A stretch of DNA of 64,000 nt from Nitrosopumilus sp. (lineage in GTDB: Archaea; Thermoproteota; Nitrososphaeria; Nitrososphaerales; Nitrosopumilaceae). Both the position numbers and the translations under genes were made by a program. Location: assembly GCA_965207445.1 (NCBI GenBank), contig CBDBLX010000002.1:832001-896000 (forward strand), written 5' to 3'. This document shows positions 1 through 11,462 of the stretch, piece after piece. Every line of letters begins with the position of its first letter. Within the stretch, counting starts at the first letter, position 1. The notes under the pieces are model-generated. The model was not told the DNA's origin and searched no databases. It saw only the letters and a list, made by a program, of their open reading frames with translations.

Positions 1-242
1 ATATTCTCATCCAAATATGGAAGTGCTTTTTGTAGCGCATTAAATGATGCTTGACCATGCTCATTCAATTAATCATCACATCCTAACTGAACAGCACGCA
101 CATGTAGTTATGTTATTTTATCTTCTAAAGAGTTAATATAATCAATACCGTGATGACCTGCTTCATTAAATTCACGTAGCTTCTTTCGTATTGATTCACC
201 ATCCCAAATATTGTAAATGTTTAAAAATTGTATTTCCGTCAT
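1..242 (-). pseudogene. Decayed ORF of unknown function, running off the window edge
   Basis: ATG at 242 opens a frame MTEIQFLNIYNIWDGESIRKKLREF... that continues through in-frame TAA stops at 108-110 and 69-71 into LNEHGQASFNALQKALPYLDENI. Confidence 0.3.
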
Positions 243-337
243 TTGTGCGTCTCCTTTGTTTGTTTATTGCAACAATTGTTAATCATTATGCATTGTAAAC
301 ATTATGCAATTAAATAATTCTTTCTACGGTGTGAGTC

Positions 338-418
338 GTAACCGTTCAACCCCCGTATCTGCTCCAGACAATAGACGGTGAATCTATACCTAAATTTGAG
401 GAGGGGTTGAACGGTTAC
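338..418 (+). mobile_element. MITE family A (~81 bp, IS66-type GTAA termini)
   Basis: TIR GTAACCGTTCAACCCC...GGGGTTGAACGGTTAC; four more copies in the window; no TSD on this copy. Confidence 0.85.
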
Positions 419-637
419 TGGATTTACATCACTTACATTGATATCTAGGACTCAGGTGATCTACTGACCTGTGATTGTATTTTGGGCAAATTCACCTTTC
501 TGCCCATCTTTTCTTGATAAAAAATGCCTTGCTTTTTGTCAAATTATTTGCTAAAATTTTTGGATGATTGTTAGGCACTACCTAGGCGTGAAATTATTTA
601 TTAATATGTACTCTTTCAAGGTCCAAATGGTTACGTA

Positions 638-2089
638 TTACCTTATTCTAATCTTCGCTCCTAATGATCGCATATCCTCGATGAATTTTGGATATGATAC
701 TGAAACAGAGTCTGGGTCAGATATGGTGCAATTACCAACATACAAGCCTGCTATACACAATGCCATAAACAGTCTATGATCGTTGTCAGAGTTCAATGTA
801 ATTGATGATCTGTTATTTTCTGGTGTAAATTGACTTGTTCTGTCTGTAATTGTACATGGACCCTCTAGCCTTATTCCATCTTTGTATTCTGTTGTTTTGA
901 TACCTATTTTTGATAGTTCTCTTGCAAGCATTGCTATTCTGTCAGTCTCTTTTAGACGTGCATGTCCTACATTCTCTATTATAATTGGTTCTTTGCATCT
1001 AAGTGACATTATTGCAAGCGGCGGTAATAGATCAGGGCTATTGCTGAGATCAAACTTGCCACCTTTTAGTGCATCTTTGTTTGTGTGAATGTGTATTGTC
1101 TCACCTGTGTATTTTTTTGCATTTGCATCATTCTCATGACTCTGATTTTTATCATCCTCTGCAGAATCTAATATCTCTATTCTTACACCCATTACCTCTA
1201 GCATATCTATGAATACTTCATCACCCTGTGGTAGTGTGCCCATGTGTGCCCTTATTGTTATGTTTCCATCATTGAGTGCAGATGCTGCCAACAACAACGC
1301 CAAACTTGATGCATCAAATGGCACTGTAAAATCCGTACGCGCTATCCTTTGTGGTGCAATATGATACTTTTTGTATGGAATCTGTGTGTTTACAGTTGCC
1401 CCAAATTTACGCATAGCACCAATGGTTGCATCTAGATATGGTTTTGATACCATGTTGCCTGTTATCGTGACATTTATTCCCGATTTAGTTTTGGGTGCAC
1501 ACAGAAATAGTGATGTAATAAATTGACTTGATATGTCCCCGTGTATATTTATGTCTCCGCCTAATATGGGTGAGCCGCATATCTCTAGTGGAGGACGACC
1601 ATTATCAGATGATCTGCATGTGGCTCCCATGTGTGATAATGCATCGAGCAATGGCTGCATGGGTCTTGTGTTTAAACTCTTGTCACCTACAAGCGTCACA
1701 CATGCATCAAGCAGTGCCGCTATTCCTGCTGCAATTCTGATTGTGGTGCCAGAGTTTTCGGCATTTATGGTAATTGTACTGTTATGTTTTGTATCTGATA
1801 TATGGACATTTTGAGTCAAGTCATTTGATGTTGTATCATTTGTATATTTTTTTATCGGTATGACATTTGTGACATGTGCTGTGTCATTTTGAATCTCAAA
1901 TGTGGCGCCAAGCGCTCTGCATGCATTTATGGTCGCATATGTATCTGCAGAACGTAGCATATTTCTTATCGTGCTACCTTTACTTTGTGCCATAGATGCT
2001 AGAAATATGGCCCTGTGAGTATAGCTCTTACTTGAGGGACACAAAACAGTTCCTACAAGTGCTGACTTTATTATATCACAGTATGTCAT
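638..2089 (-). CDS. aroA: 3-phosphoshikimate 1-carboxyvinyltransferase (EPSP synthase)
   Basis: Motifs PSSKSYTHRA, NSGTTIR, SSQFITS, RLKETDRI, DHRL and SYPKF; lies in the aro operon. Confidence 0.97.
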   Translation of the reverse strand: MTYCDIIKSALVGTVLCPSSKSYTHRAIFLASMAQSKGSTIRNMLRSADTYATINACRALGATFEIQNDTAHVTNVIPIKKYTNDTTSNDLTQNVHISDTKHNSTITINAENSGTTIRIAAGIAALLDACVTLVGDKSLNTRPMQPLLDALSHMGATCRSSDNGRPPLEICGSPILGGDINIHGDISSQFITSLFLCAPKTKSGINVTITGNMVSKPYLDATIGAMRKFGATVNTQIPYKKYHIAPQRIARTDFTVPFDASSLALLLAASALNDGNITIRAHMGTLPQGDEVFIDMLEVMGVRIEILDSAEDDKNQSHENDANAKKYTGETIHIHTNKDALKGGKFDLSNSPDLLPPLAIMSLRCKEPIIIENVGHARLKETDRIAMLARELSKIGIKTTEYKDGIRLEGPCTITDRTSQFTPENNRSSITLNSDNDHRLFMALCIAGLYVGNCTISDPDSVSVSYPKFIEDMRSLGAKIRIR

Positions 2090-3038
2090 TTACCTCTGCC
2101 TTTTTGTTATTTAGTTTAGATACAATTGTACTGCCTTCCATCATCGATGTAAATGCTTTTCTTATACTCTGAACGTTTTGTTCTTTTGCAACAGCTGCTA
2201 TTGCAGGACCATTACCAGATATTGATGCTGCTATTGCACCTTTTTCGATCAAATGCGGTATCATATCTGCATCAGAGCCCCACACTGATGCTATTGCAAG
2301 TCCGTTTATCATCATGGCATCCCAATAATTGGCTTTTTTTGCTAGCATCCACGCATTTGCAAACGTTGATTCTAGTAACTTTAATCTTTTGAGATTTCCT
2401 CGTTTACGATTCCTTGGAATAAAAATTATTGCTGATATATTGCGTGGTGCACGTTGATGCTGTACAATGTGGCGCATTGCATTATCTGTGACGTTGAATC
2501 CTCCATAATAACATGAACACGCATCATCATACGCTCCTGTGACACTTACTTTTGTTGCAATTGATGCATTTACCCCTGCAAGTAATATCTGCTTGTCTGT
2601 TAAATGCAAATTAAATGCACGTGATGCTGCTAGTGCCACTGCTGATGATAATGAGCTTGAACTCTTCAAACCAAAGCCTGCTGGTATCTCAGATGCCACT
2701 ACAACCTCGACTCTATTAGACTCTAGAATCTTTTTTGGAACTGTGTGTTGTATTGTACTCTGTATCAATTTTGAGCTAAGTGAGCGCGGTTGATTTTCTT
2801 TTGAGCGTATTACAGTTATGTCGCTACTACCACTACTACCACCACCACTCTTAGAATGTGTATTAATCTGTACATTCACCTCTAGATCAATTCCAACTGT
2901 CGCCCCTTTTTTCGCTGCAAGTGCATTTACTAGTGATATTGCACCTCGCACTGTTGCCTTTGCGCTTGAAAAAACGTGTTGTTTACTAGTTACATGTTTG
3001 CCCGCTTTATTCATCATTTCACTTTTTTTATCTTGCAT
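2076..3038 (-). CDS. aroK: Archaeal shikimate kinase (GHMP family)
   Basis: GAISLVNALA, SEIPAGFGLKSSS, TGAYDDA, SISGNGPA. Confidence 0.95.
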   Translation of the reverse strand: MQDKKSEMMNKAGKHVTSKQHVFSSAKATVRGAISLVNALAAKKGATVGIDLEVNVQINTHSKSGGGSSGSSDITVIRSKENQPRSLSSKLIQSTIQHTVPKKILESNRVEVVVASEIPAGFGLKSSSSLSSAVALAASRAFNLHLTDKQILLAGVNASIATKVSVTGAYDDACSCYYGGFNVTDNAMRHIVQHQRAPRNISAIIFIPRNRKRGNLKRLKLLESTFANAWMLAKKANYWDAMMINGLAIASVWGSDADMIPHLIEKGAIAASISGNGPAIAAVAKEQNVQSIRKAFTSMMEGSTIVSKLNNKKAEVNDIL

Positions 3039-3041
3039 ATA

Positions 3042-3884
3042 TCAAACACCTCCTAACAATGCACGTCTCATCACATCACGTGGAGCTTTTATCCCGTGCC
3101 ATATTTCAAATGATCTTACTGCTTGTCCTAGTAGCATTTCATATCCCATCACACATGTTGCGTTTCTTTGTTTTCCCTTTTTTATGAGATCCGTTTTCAT
3201 AGGCAAGTATACGATATCATATATGATATCTTTTTCGTTTATTGACTCTGCATTTATAGGAATTATTTTTTGTGTATTTGATGGCAGTCCTATTGAGGTT
3301 GCATTAATTATGACATTACACCTTTTTGCATGTACATCTGCATCATACAAATTGACCGCATCAGCATGCAAAATACCTAATGATCTCGCATTATTTGCAA
3401 GTACGGTTGCCTGATGTATTGTTCTGTTTGCAATTGTAATGTGTGATATACTTTCTCTTGCAAGCGCCGCTACTATTGCCTTTGCAGCTCCGCCGGCACC
3501 CAGCAACAAGACCTTTGAGTCTTGTAGGTTAATTGAGCGTTCATGCAGTGGATCTGCAAACCCATCTACATCTGTGTTGTATCCTTTTAGTGTGCCATCC
3601 TCAAAACAACACTGTACTGTATTAGCGGCGCCTACTGCACTACATGTCTCGTCTGTCTTTTGTATGTGTTGCATGATGTTTACCTTGTGTGGAATAGTGA
3701 CATTAAATCCTGCTATATTGATCTTTTGTAATGACTTTATTCCTTCTTCTAGTTCGTCTCTTGGTATGCGATATGCAATATATGAGCAGTCCATCATATT
3801 CATATGTCTGAATGCGGCGCTGTGTATGTTCGGTGATAGTGAATGATCAATGGGATCTCCTATCACTGCAAACGTCTTGGCCAT
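3042..3884 (-). CDS. aroE: Shikimate dehydrogenase
   Basis: GDPIDHSLSP, NVTIPHK, GYNTD, GAGGAA, INATSIG, DIVY. Confidence 0.97.
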   Translation of the reverse strand: MAKTFAVIGDPIDHSLSPNIHSAAFRHMNMMDCSYIAYRIPRDELEEGIKSLQKINIAGFNVTIPHKVNIMQHIQKTDETCSAVGAANTVQCCFEDGTLKGYNTDVDGFADPLHERSINLQDSKVLLLGAGGAAKAIVAALARESISHITIANRTIHQATVLANNARSLGILHADAVNLYDADVHAKRCNVIINATSIGLPSNTQKIIPINAESINEKDIIYDIVYLPMKTDLIKKGKQRNATCVMGYEMLLGQAVRSFEIWHGIKAPRDVMRRALLGGV

Positions 3885-3961
3885 TTTACATTCTCTCTTT
3901 TATGTTGGTTTATTTGGACTCGATTTAAACGCAAAGGTTCAAAGTGTGACACATTGTATAA

Positions 3962-4684
3962 TCAGTAAAATGTGCTTTTAATACTCTTGAGATCTGCAAG
4001 TGATAACTGTCCTGGTGCCATAGCCTCGCCAAGTGAGACATATGTATATGGACTACCTAACTGTATACATAATATTCGTGTCAGTTGTCCTGCACTACCC
4101 ATTGCAAATGAGATCAGTGATGTTTTTTTATGTTTTATGTTCTTTTTATTTGCTAGCCACTTGTACATCTCTAACATCTTTATTGATTCTGTTGTGTTTT
4201 GTGCCATGCATGCGATCTTCATGTGTGGGGTATATTTTAACATCTGTTGCAGTTTTTTGTGCATTACACTTGTACTTGGCATGTGATCAAAAGTGTGCCA
4301 TGATGCTAGTATACTGACCTTGCTTGCAATCAGATCCTCTGCTAACTTTTTGTCATTTTGCATATGATCTAATTCTACATCAAGTCTATATGGCTTGTAT
4401 GCTGCGACTATTCGCAACAAGTCGTATCTCTGTTTGTCAGTGTGTGTGAACTTGCCGCCGTCTTGCTTTGTGCGTATTGTACATACTATGCGCTTTCTCA
4501 ACTCTTGTTTTGGTAGCGCATCAAGTAATTTTGTGATGTTTTTGTTTGGATTATGTGCACATATAAAGTCTAATCTAGCTTCTACATACTCTGATACCTT
4601 TAATGCTTTTAAGAGTGTCTTGCGCATTAAATCTGGTGTATTCTCGCCTACCGTAACACATGTTTTATATGAATTTATGGTCAT
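3962..4684 (-). CDS. aroD: Type I 3-dehydroquinate dehydratase
   Basis: EARLD, TIRTKQDGG, SWH, FAMG, APGQL. Confidence 0.93.
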   Translation of the reverse strand: MTINSYKTCVTVGENTPDLMRKTLLKALKVSEYVEARLDFICAHNPNKNITKLLDALPKQELRKRIVCTIRTKQDGGKFTHTDKQRYDLLRIVAAYKPYRLDVELDHMQNDKKLAEDLIASKVSILASWHTFDHMPSTSVMHKKLQQMLKYTPHMKIACMAQNTTESIKMLEMYKWLANKKNIKHKKTSLISFAMGSAGQLTRILCIQLGSPYTYVSLGEAMAPGQLSLADLKSIKSTFY

Positions 4685-5844
4685 TTCTCTAAAATGTACT
4701 CGTCTTTGACCTCCATGCCAAAGTGTCTGCCTGCTGCTTTACTAACATGCGCCATGACCTTGTCTCCTTTTTTGAGATGTGTCACTGATACTAACTCTTT
4801 ATTTTTACCAGATTTGACAAACCTGATAGTCTCTGCATCTTGTGCTATTATGCTTCCAATTTCGTCATTTGCCTCTGCTTTGATCAAAAGCATAGGTCTG
4901 CGTTCTATCTTTGATCTTCCAACTGCTGCCCTCTTTGCATGTCCGTCTGATGTTAATATCATGACCTCTGAGCCTGTCTCTATCTCTGAGAGATACTTTG
5001 TAGTTCCATCTGGCGCAGGGGTATAACAGTGAACTGCCCCTGCATTTACACGAAAAGGCCTAGGTGATGTAAATGAAGAACCCACTGATTCATTATGTAC
5101 CAAGAACATGAAATTTGATCGACTACCAATCAACATTCCCTCACCCCTGTTTAGCATCGATGCTGTATCAACACAGACACGCTCACCGTCTCCTATCTCT
5201 TTTATCTCTATTATCTTGGCAGGTGTCATATCAAAGTATTTGCTACCCATATACAGAAGCGTTTGGCGTACCTGTTCTATGGATGATGTTGCAAATATTA
5301 CACCATCCACACCGACATCTAATATGGAGAACATCTTGCGTACTTCTGTAGGCGTGCGCGCAACGGCAATTATCTTTGTGTTTATTTTGTGAAGTTTTGC
5401 TATTATGTTCTCTAGTGGAATTATCTTCCAATCTTCTACGTCAATTATGACAAAGTCAAGTTTCATTTTGGTAGATGTGTATAGTATCTGCTCAATGTCT
5501 TGGTTGGATGTTATCTTAAAGCGCATGCCTTTTTTCTTTTTGGATTTGCTTGTTGTGTTTTGTTTGTGTGTACTTGTTTTTGTGTTTTGTTTACCTGTGT
5601 TTGATTTTTTATCTAGTATTGTGTAATCTGCATCTTGTGTTGTAAACATTGTTTTTATCTCTTTTGAATATGGTGATATTTTTTTTGGATCTGCGTATAC
5701 GGTTTTAATCCCTTCTAGCACAAGATGTGACAAAAATGACTCTAGTTGTTTTTGTCGTTTTATGTTTGGCTGAATTATCAACTCTTGAGTGTTGACATGA
5801 TCAGTTGGTTGCTTTGTTGCTACTATTGTATTATTAACTGTCAA
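4681..5844 (-). CDS. aroB': 3-dehydroquinate synthase type II (archaeal AroB')
   Basis: [46 protein letters not shown]. Confidence 0.95.
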   Translation of the reverse strand: MTVNNTIVATKQPTDHVNTQELIIQPNIKRQKQLESFLSHLVLEGIKTVYADPKKISPYSKEIKTMFTTQDADYTILDKKSNTGKQNTKTSTHKQNTTSKSKKKKGMRFKITSNQDIEQILYTSTKMKLDFVIIDVEDWKIIPLENIIAKLHKINTKIIAVARTPTEVRKMFSILDVGVDGVIFATSSIEQVRQTLLYMGSKYFDMTPAKIIEIKEIGDGERVCVDTASMLNRGEGMLIGSRSNFMFLVHNESVGSSFTSPRPFRVNAGAVHCYTPAPDGTTKYLSEIETGSEVMILTSDGHAKRAAVGRSKIERRPMLLIKAEANDEIGSIIAQDAETIRFVKSGKNKELVSVTHLKKGDKVMAHVSKAAGRHFGMEVKDEYILEK

Positions 5845-6622
5845 CTTTTTTAATTGCCTCCGTTGCTTTTGTACCTTTGAATATTATTGATGCCAATGCA
5901 TCTACCATCTTTTCAGGTGTACGATGTGCAAAAATATTTCTACCATATGTGACACCAACTGCCCCTGCCTCCATGGCGTCTTGCGTCATTTGCAGTAACT
6001 CCAAGTCAGTCTCTGTTTTTGGGCCGCCTGCTATTACGATTGGCACGGGCGTACTATTCACTATATCTGCAAAAGAATCAATGTCCCCTGTATATACAGT
6101 CTTTACAATATCTGCTCCACATTCTGCACCTATACGTGCAGCATGTGCTACTATGTTTGGTTCATGTGGATTTTTTACATTCTCGCCTCTAGGATACATC
6201 ATAGCTAGCAGTGGCATGTTCCATTTGTGACATGCTGTAGATATTACACCTAATTGTTCTAACATCTCTGGTTCTTCTTTTCCTCCAACATTGATGTGAA
6301 GTGAGACTCCGTCTGCACCTAGAGTAATTGCTTCTTTTACAGTACCTGTAAGCATTTTACGATTTGGTGTTGTTGATAGTATGGTACTACTAGAAAAGTG
6401 AACTAATATTCCGATTCTGGGTGTTGGTTGTGGTAGCGATTTTATGATTCCTTTGTTTATAATTACACTTGTAATGCCTCTATTTTGACATTTGTAAATT
6501 ACTGATGCGGGATCTTCTAATCCTTGTATTGGACCATTTGATATACCGTGGTCCATTGGTATACACAACATCTTGTCGCGGCGCATTATTCGTGCCATTC
6601 GTAGTTGTACACCTGTTGCCAT
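5834..6622 (-). CDS. aroA': 2-amino-3,7-dideoxy-D-threo-hept-6-ulosonate synthase (DhnA-type class I aldolase)
   Basis: [32 protein letters not shown]; sits directly upstream of aroB'. Confidence 0.92.
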   Translation of the reverse strand: MATGVQLRMARIMRRDKMLCIPMDHGISNGPIQGLEDPASVIYKCQNRGITSVIINKGIIKSLPQPTPRIGILVHFSSSTILSTTPNRKMLTGTVKEAITLGADGVSLHINVGGKEEPEMLEQLGVISTACHKWNMPLLAMMYPRGENVKNPHEPNIVAHAARIGAECGADIVKTVYTGDIDSFADIVNSTPVPIVIAGGPKTETDLELLQMTQDAMEAGAVGVTYGRNIFAHRTPEKMVDALASIIFKGTKATEAIKKVDS

Positions 6623-6728
6623 GTTTTTACTCTAAGATTCCCACTTAAAAATAGTTGGTGTTTTGGTTTTTACAAACTTGGCAAGCATTCACCAGCATTT
6701 TAACTAGATACGGGAAGATGTTGATGGT

Positions 6729-7035
6729 GGGTTGATGTGAGGTTGCATGCGCCTAGTTGGACAACACGCAAATCTGGCTATATTTGGGATGATTGGTGGC
6801 GGGTTGATGTGGGGTTGCATGCGCCTAGAACATGTGGTGGGGCGGGGTTGTGTGCGTGTGCGTGTGCGTGTGCATCATTGTCGTTGCAAGATGTGTACGA
6901 TTTGACTGGCAAATGTTTTTGATTTGATTTGTGGTGGTGTTGATATGATGTTGATATGATGTTGATATGATGTTGATATGATGTTGATGGAGGAGAAGTA
7001 GAGGTAGAGGGAGGGAGGGGGGAGGAAGGAAGGGA
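6729..7035. repeat. Low-complexity and microsatellite cluster in the divergent aroA'/mqnC intergenic region
   Basis: 28-bp direct repeat GGGTTGATGTGRGGTTGCATGCGCCTAG (6729 and 6801); (GTGCGT)n at ~6852-6873; 11-mer TGTTGATATGA about 4 times at ~6938-6988; purine tract at ~6990-7040. Confidence 0.8.
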
Positions 7036-7117
7036 GTAGAAGAACGCTTGCTTTTGCAGTGCGAACTATTTGTACAACCATACCAAGAATTAAATAGAAA
7101 ATCTGACCATTCAAATC

Positions 7118-8257
7118 ATGAAATCTACTATGAAACTTGAATTTCATAATAGTGAAATTGATGATGTGCTTGAGCGCGCCATTGCAGGCCAGACTCTTGA
7201 TAAACATGATTGTATGGCATTATTACGATCTGATGATGTTCAATTAATGGGTGTAGCAGCCCGATATTTAACCCGAAAACGCTTTGGCTTGCAGGCAACA
7301 TATGTCAACAATATAATACTAAATTATACTAATGTTTGTATCACTGATTGTATTTTTTGTGCTTTTTATCGATCCCCAAATGATAAAGACGCATACACAC
7401 TTGGATTAGATCAGATCAAAACCCGAGTAAAAACTGCGCATGAGATGTTTGGGATACGTCAAGTACTGTTTCAAGGCGGACACAATCCTAAACTTGGAAT
7501 AGAGTATTATGAGGATGCATTCTCTATGATTAGAAAAAATTATCCTGATATTGGTGTGCATGCTCTCTCTGCATCTGAGATTGACATGATTGCAAGAGTA
7601 GAAAAATCTTCTACTAGGGAAGTCCTCTCGCGTCTAAAAGATGCTGGATTACAGTCTGTTCCTGGCGCTGGTGCTGAGATACTGGTAGATTCAGTCAAGA
7701 ATGTAATCAGTCCAAAAAAAATATCTTCATCTGATTGGCTCCATATCATGAAACAAGCACATCAACTTGGACTTTACTCGTCTGCAACTATGATGTATGG
7801 ACATGCAGAGACCAACTCTGATATTGCTGATCATTTACTTGCCATAGCTTCGTTACAACAAGAGACAGGTGGTTTTATGGCGTTTATACCTTGGAACTTT
7901 GAGCCTAACAATACACCAATGCAACGAGATGGACTTGTAGATGATGTTGTGACTACAGAGTTTGGATCCGGCGGTGTTCAACTCTTAAAGATGATTGCTA
8001 TATCTAGACTCGTATACGATGCAATGATTCCTCATATACAATCATCTTGGCTTACAAATGGTGTAGGTATGGCTCAACTTGCATTACAGTATGGTGCTGA
8101 TGATTTTGGTGGAACATTAATTGGTGAAGAGGTGGTGTCTTGTACCGGAGCCCGTTCTACTGAACTGACAGAAACCGTCATTACTGATGCAATACATCAG
8201 ATAGGATATACTGCAAAGGAACGAGATAACCTCTACAATACTGTTGATACGCTTTGA
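7118..8257 (+). CDS. mqnC: Cyclic dehypoxanthine futalosine synthase (radical SAM, CofH/MqnC family)
   Basis: NYTNVCITDCIFCAF (CxxxCxxC), QGGHNP, PGAGAEIL, ATMMYGH, FIPW, HIQSSW, GADDFGG. Confidence 0.88.
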   Translation: MKSTMKLEFHNSEIDDVLERAIAGQTLDKHDCMALLRSDDVQLMGVAARYLTRKRFGLQATYVNNIILNYTNVCITDCIFCAFYRSPNDKDAYTLGLDQIKTRVKTAHEMFGIRQVLFQGGHNPKLGIEYYEDAFSMIRKNYPDIGVHALSASEIDMIARVEKSSTREVLSRLKDAGLQSVPGAGAEILVDSVKNVISPKKISSSDWLHIMKQAHQLGLYSSATMMYGHAETNSDIADHLLAIASLQQETGGFMAFIPWNFEPNNTPMQRDGLVDDVVTTEFGSGGVQLLKMIAISRLVYDAMIPHIQSSWLTNGVGMAQLALQYGADDFGGTLIGEEVVSCTGARSTELTETVITDAIHQIGYTAKERDNLYNTVDTL

Positions 8258-8348
8258 TACATAATGGTGTATTTCAGTGAGAGGGGTAATCGAAAGTGAA
8301 TGACTACAATACTGTTGATACGCTTTGATGCATAATGGTGTATTTCAG
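8233..8348 (+). repeat. 45-bp direct duplication of the mqnC 3' end
   Basis: CTACAATACTGTTGATACGCTTTGATRCATAATGGTGTATTTCAG at 8233-8277 and 8304-8348, one mismatch. Confidence 0.9.
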
Positions 8349-8969
8349 AGTGTTTTTGAATACAGTTTATTGTATAGTTAGTTGATGGTGAGTGTCATGT
8401 ATGATAAAATACAGATAATTTATCCGTATTTTATTGTGTTTGATAAATTTCATAACTCTTGTTGCAAAAGATATCTCAGGGCAACTAGTTATTTTTTAGA
8501 GAAAATCGTACAAGTTACCATGTACTTTTAAATTGCTCTATTTTTTATGAAATAGTGTATAGAATAGCATACAAACAATCAAAATCTTAAAATACCATAT
8601 AAAGTTTTTAATTTGAATATGTTTTCATGCAATAAAAATGATTGTTTTTAAATGTACTTAATATAATCTTATATAACATACTTGTACATTATCCACTGTT
8701 ATTATGATTGACACATAAAATATCGTGTGAACCAAGATCCATGACTGATATAATCATTCAAAATAACTACTAGCCAAATGCATCGCATGCACAATACTTG
8801 ACATGCAGACAGGGACGTGACAAAATACAAGTATGTGATTTCATTATTGTGTCCAAAGAGATTGGTTCACGCGGTTAACTTTTGTGCATAATTCCCGCCT
8901 CCATCACACGGGTTGGACGCAGATCCGTCGCAAGCCTTCTTTATATTGGCGCCCGTGGCAAACTTTGGC

Positions 8970-10040
8970 ATGGTGAAGAGCTACATAGGGATAGACGCTA
9001 CAAACTATTTCAAGCGGATCAGGCAGGCGTTTCGAGCCCCCATCGGAGTGGGGCTTGAGGTTGAAGACTATGATGTGTTTGCGCACAAGTACGAGTCCGT
9101 CATTGATGCTTTAAAGGGCGAATACGGCGTCTCCACAGACAGGAAGTGCCTCAAGAGCCATTACATCTATGAGAAAAACCCGTCTTCTGCAAGGCAGTTT
9201 GTTGCGGATTTTACAGAACGAGTGCTACCATACGTAAAAACAGTATTCGTGTCACACACCATCTTAAATTCGCAAAAGATGCCTAAGATTTATTGCTATA
9301 GCGGAAATGGGGAAATGACCTCCAACGACTTTATCTCATACTTGCAAAGCTATTATCCGCACGTTCTGACGTGGAAGATACTTGAAACATTTCCGGACAG
9401 GAGGGACTCTGTGTTCATGCTGGACCATTTTACGGGCAATGTTACAAAAGCGTGGAGGCAGATTGAGGGTGAGAACATTGCAATCTATCCTTCCGGGGAG
9501 TACTGCAACCCGCTGATCTCATCGGCCGACCTTGTGTCAAAATACGTCAACGACTTCATTCACTTTAACCGGCTGAAGCTGGAATTCATCTCAATCTCAA
9601 AAGCGTTTGAACCGTTTGGTGTAGAGGAGATCGAAATTGGCCATGATATTTCCTCCCCGGAACCGAGTACCACGGTGAGGCTTTTGCAGTACTTTATACA
9701 TGACCTGTCCATGATCACCCCGCATGAGAACAGAGCCATCGACGTTGACAGGAAGCTCAAGCACCCTGTCTATTTTTTGCTGACCGGTAAAAAATTCCGC
9801 AGTGAGGGAAAGGCGTTGCAAGAAACCATGTACTTTGACATTATCACCAACCGCGTTTACGGCGATCACGGCTCGATGCGAGCCATGAACATAGATGAAA
9901 TGAGAAACGAGCTCAGAGTCATGCAGGACGGCGACAAAGTCATTGCGTTTGGCAGCGAGGCGTTAGAACTGGCAAGGTATATCGTCAATGATTTTAGCGG
10001 CTTAAACATCGAGATAATCTCCAGCAGGGATCTGAAGTGA
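8970..10040 (+). CDS. Hypothetical protein, probable RNase H-like fold (DUF3800/RNase HII-like); foreign cargo
   Basis: Likely ATG at 8970 (MVKSYIGID). Acidic motifs YIGID, FMLDHF and PLISSADLVSKY resemble an RNase H-fold catalytic arrangement. GC is visibly higher than the flanks. Confidence 0.6.
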   Translation: MVKSYIGIDATNYFKRIRQAFRAPIGVGLEVEDYDVFAHKYESVIDALKGEYGVSTDRKCLKSHYIYEKNPSSARQFVADFTERVLPYVKTVFVSHTILNSQKMPKIYCYSGNGEMTSNDFISYLQSYYPHVLTWKILETFPDRRDSVFMLDHFTGNVTKAWRQIEGENIAIYPSGEYCNPLISSADLVSKYVNDFIHFNRLKLEFISISKAFEPFGVEEIEIGHDISSPEPSTTVRLLQYFIHDLSMITPHENRAIDVDRKLKHPVYFLLTGKKFRSEGKALQETMYFDIITNRVYGDHGSMRAMNIDEMRNELRVMQDGDKVIAFGSEALELARYIVNDFSGLNIEIISSRDLK

Positions 10041-10163
10041 GCCGCATTATTACGTCGCTACACCGGAGTCAAAAATACGGCATACTATATTCGTAGCATA
10101 TGAACATAACTCCTAGTCAAAGCAATGCCCTAGCTATATTACCATGCCGGATTATTTAAATGT

Positions 10164-10242
10164 GCGTGGCCGGGGGTTCTCCTCCTATGATAACATCCCA
10201 AGTCCGTCAGATGACGATCCGAGAGTTTCTTCAATTTCACGC
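10164..10242 (-). ncRNA. Candidate ~80-nt structured RNA, convergent with the cargo gene
   Basis: Minus strand: closing stem GCGUG/CACGC, long hairpin UCUCGGA-UCGUC-AUCU-GACGG-AC-UUGGGA with G-U pairs, 3' hairpin GGAGG-AGAA-CCCCC; TATAAA about 23 nt upstream (10263-10268). Confidence 0.3.
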
Positions 10243-10305
10243 CTAGGTTGTGTAGTGGGCCGTTTATAGCATACACTAAGCTTGAATTTCCAATACGTTT
10301 GGTTT

Positions 10306-11284
10306 GTAACGTGTCACCTCACCTCTCACTATACCACGTGGGCTAAGCATGGACACACACTACGATCATTACAAATCACTGAAATTGTGAGATAATGCAA
10401 AAAAAGTATACTAGTCATTAAATATATATACTGACATTTACTCATCTAGAGAAAAAAATGAGTAAATGTACGCAACAACAAAAGATAGTTGCAGATGAAT
10501 ATTTAACAAAATCGATATATATTCGATCAGATATGACGAGACAATGTCCAAAGTTTTGAATGAAAATGCTAGTTTATGAAAGCCATGAAAGAGGAACGAA
10601 AAGAGAAAAACATGTGGAAAGAAAAGTGTATGAATCTGTTTGATAGATTAGGTGGAAGAGAACTTGACATCATACTAGCATATTAGAAATTAGTATTTAT
10701 GGCGCAGACTGATAGGTGTACGTTCCGTGAGCAGATACTTGAAGATTTGGCAAAATCTGCCACACTGTATGGAGACATGATGAGAAATGAATGCAAAATT
10801 ATTACAGAGAAATATCAAAAAGTATTAACATAACTAGAAGAATGTAATATGCGCATTGTAGATTTAGAGTGCAGAGATGCTGCAAATGACGATCGGTGCC
10901 ACACCTACATCTCACAAAACAGTGACACAAAAGCAGATACAAAAAGAGAAACAAGACCGTGCAGAACAAGCAGCGCAAGACACGCCACTTGTCAAACTAG
11001 GATTCACCTTTAAAACATGATTTATCTTTCAGACCATTTAATCCAGACAAAACATTTGACATTGAACTAGACATATGCCCTGAATGTGATTGTGAAATCG
11101 GACAAGCTTATGAGGAATACATGACATTACATGAACTTGACGACCATAATGAACTAGAGGAGATATGGTGTCACACACGTGTATATTGGTGTGAGAATTG
11201 CGATAGCATAAACTGTATGCACGATTCTATAATGCCAAATACTTTATTTGGAAAACACTTTCTTGTTAAACTCCCGCACTCATA
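10306..11284 (+). pseudogene. IS66-family transposase remnant (N-terminal half)
   Basis: GTAA start at 10306; upstream hairpin ACATTTACTCAT/ATGAGTAAATGT resembles the one in the IS66 at ~24095; fragment PDKTFDIELDICPECD...VYWCENCD...MPNTLFG is an IS66-type zinc finger. Confidence 0.65.
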
Positions 11285-11462
11285 ATTTAATGTCCACACG
11301 ACGAAACGTGTGAATTAAGATTTATGACTGATATGATCATTCAAAATAACTTTTAGCCAAATGTATTGCATGTATGATACTTGACATACAGACAGGGATG
11401 TGACCAAATACATGTATATAATTTAATTATTGTAGCCAAAGAGCTTGACTCACACAAAATAT

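Larger units (their letters stand above)
8725..11455. mobile_element. Composite element bounded by two MITE-B copies
   Basis: 148-bp MITE-B copies at 8725-8872 and 11308-11455 in direct orientation. Outer flanks are both AAAATATC (8717-8724 and 11456-11463); inner flanks differ. Confidence 0.8.
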
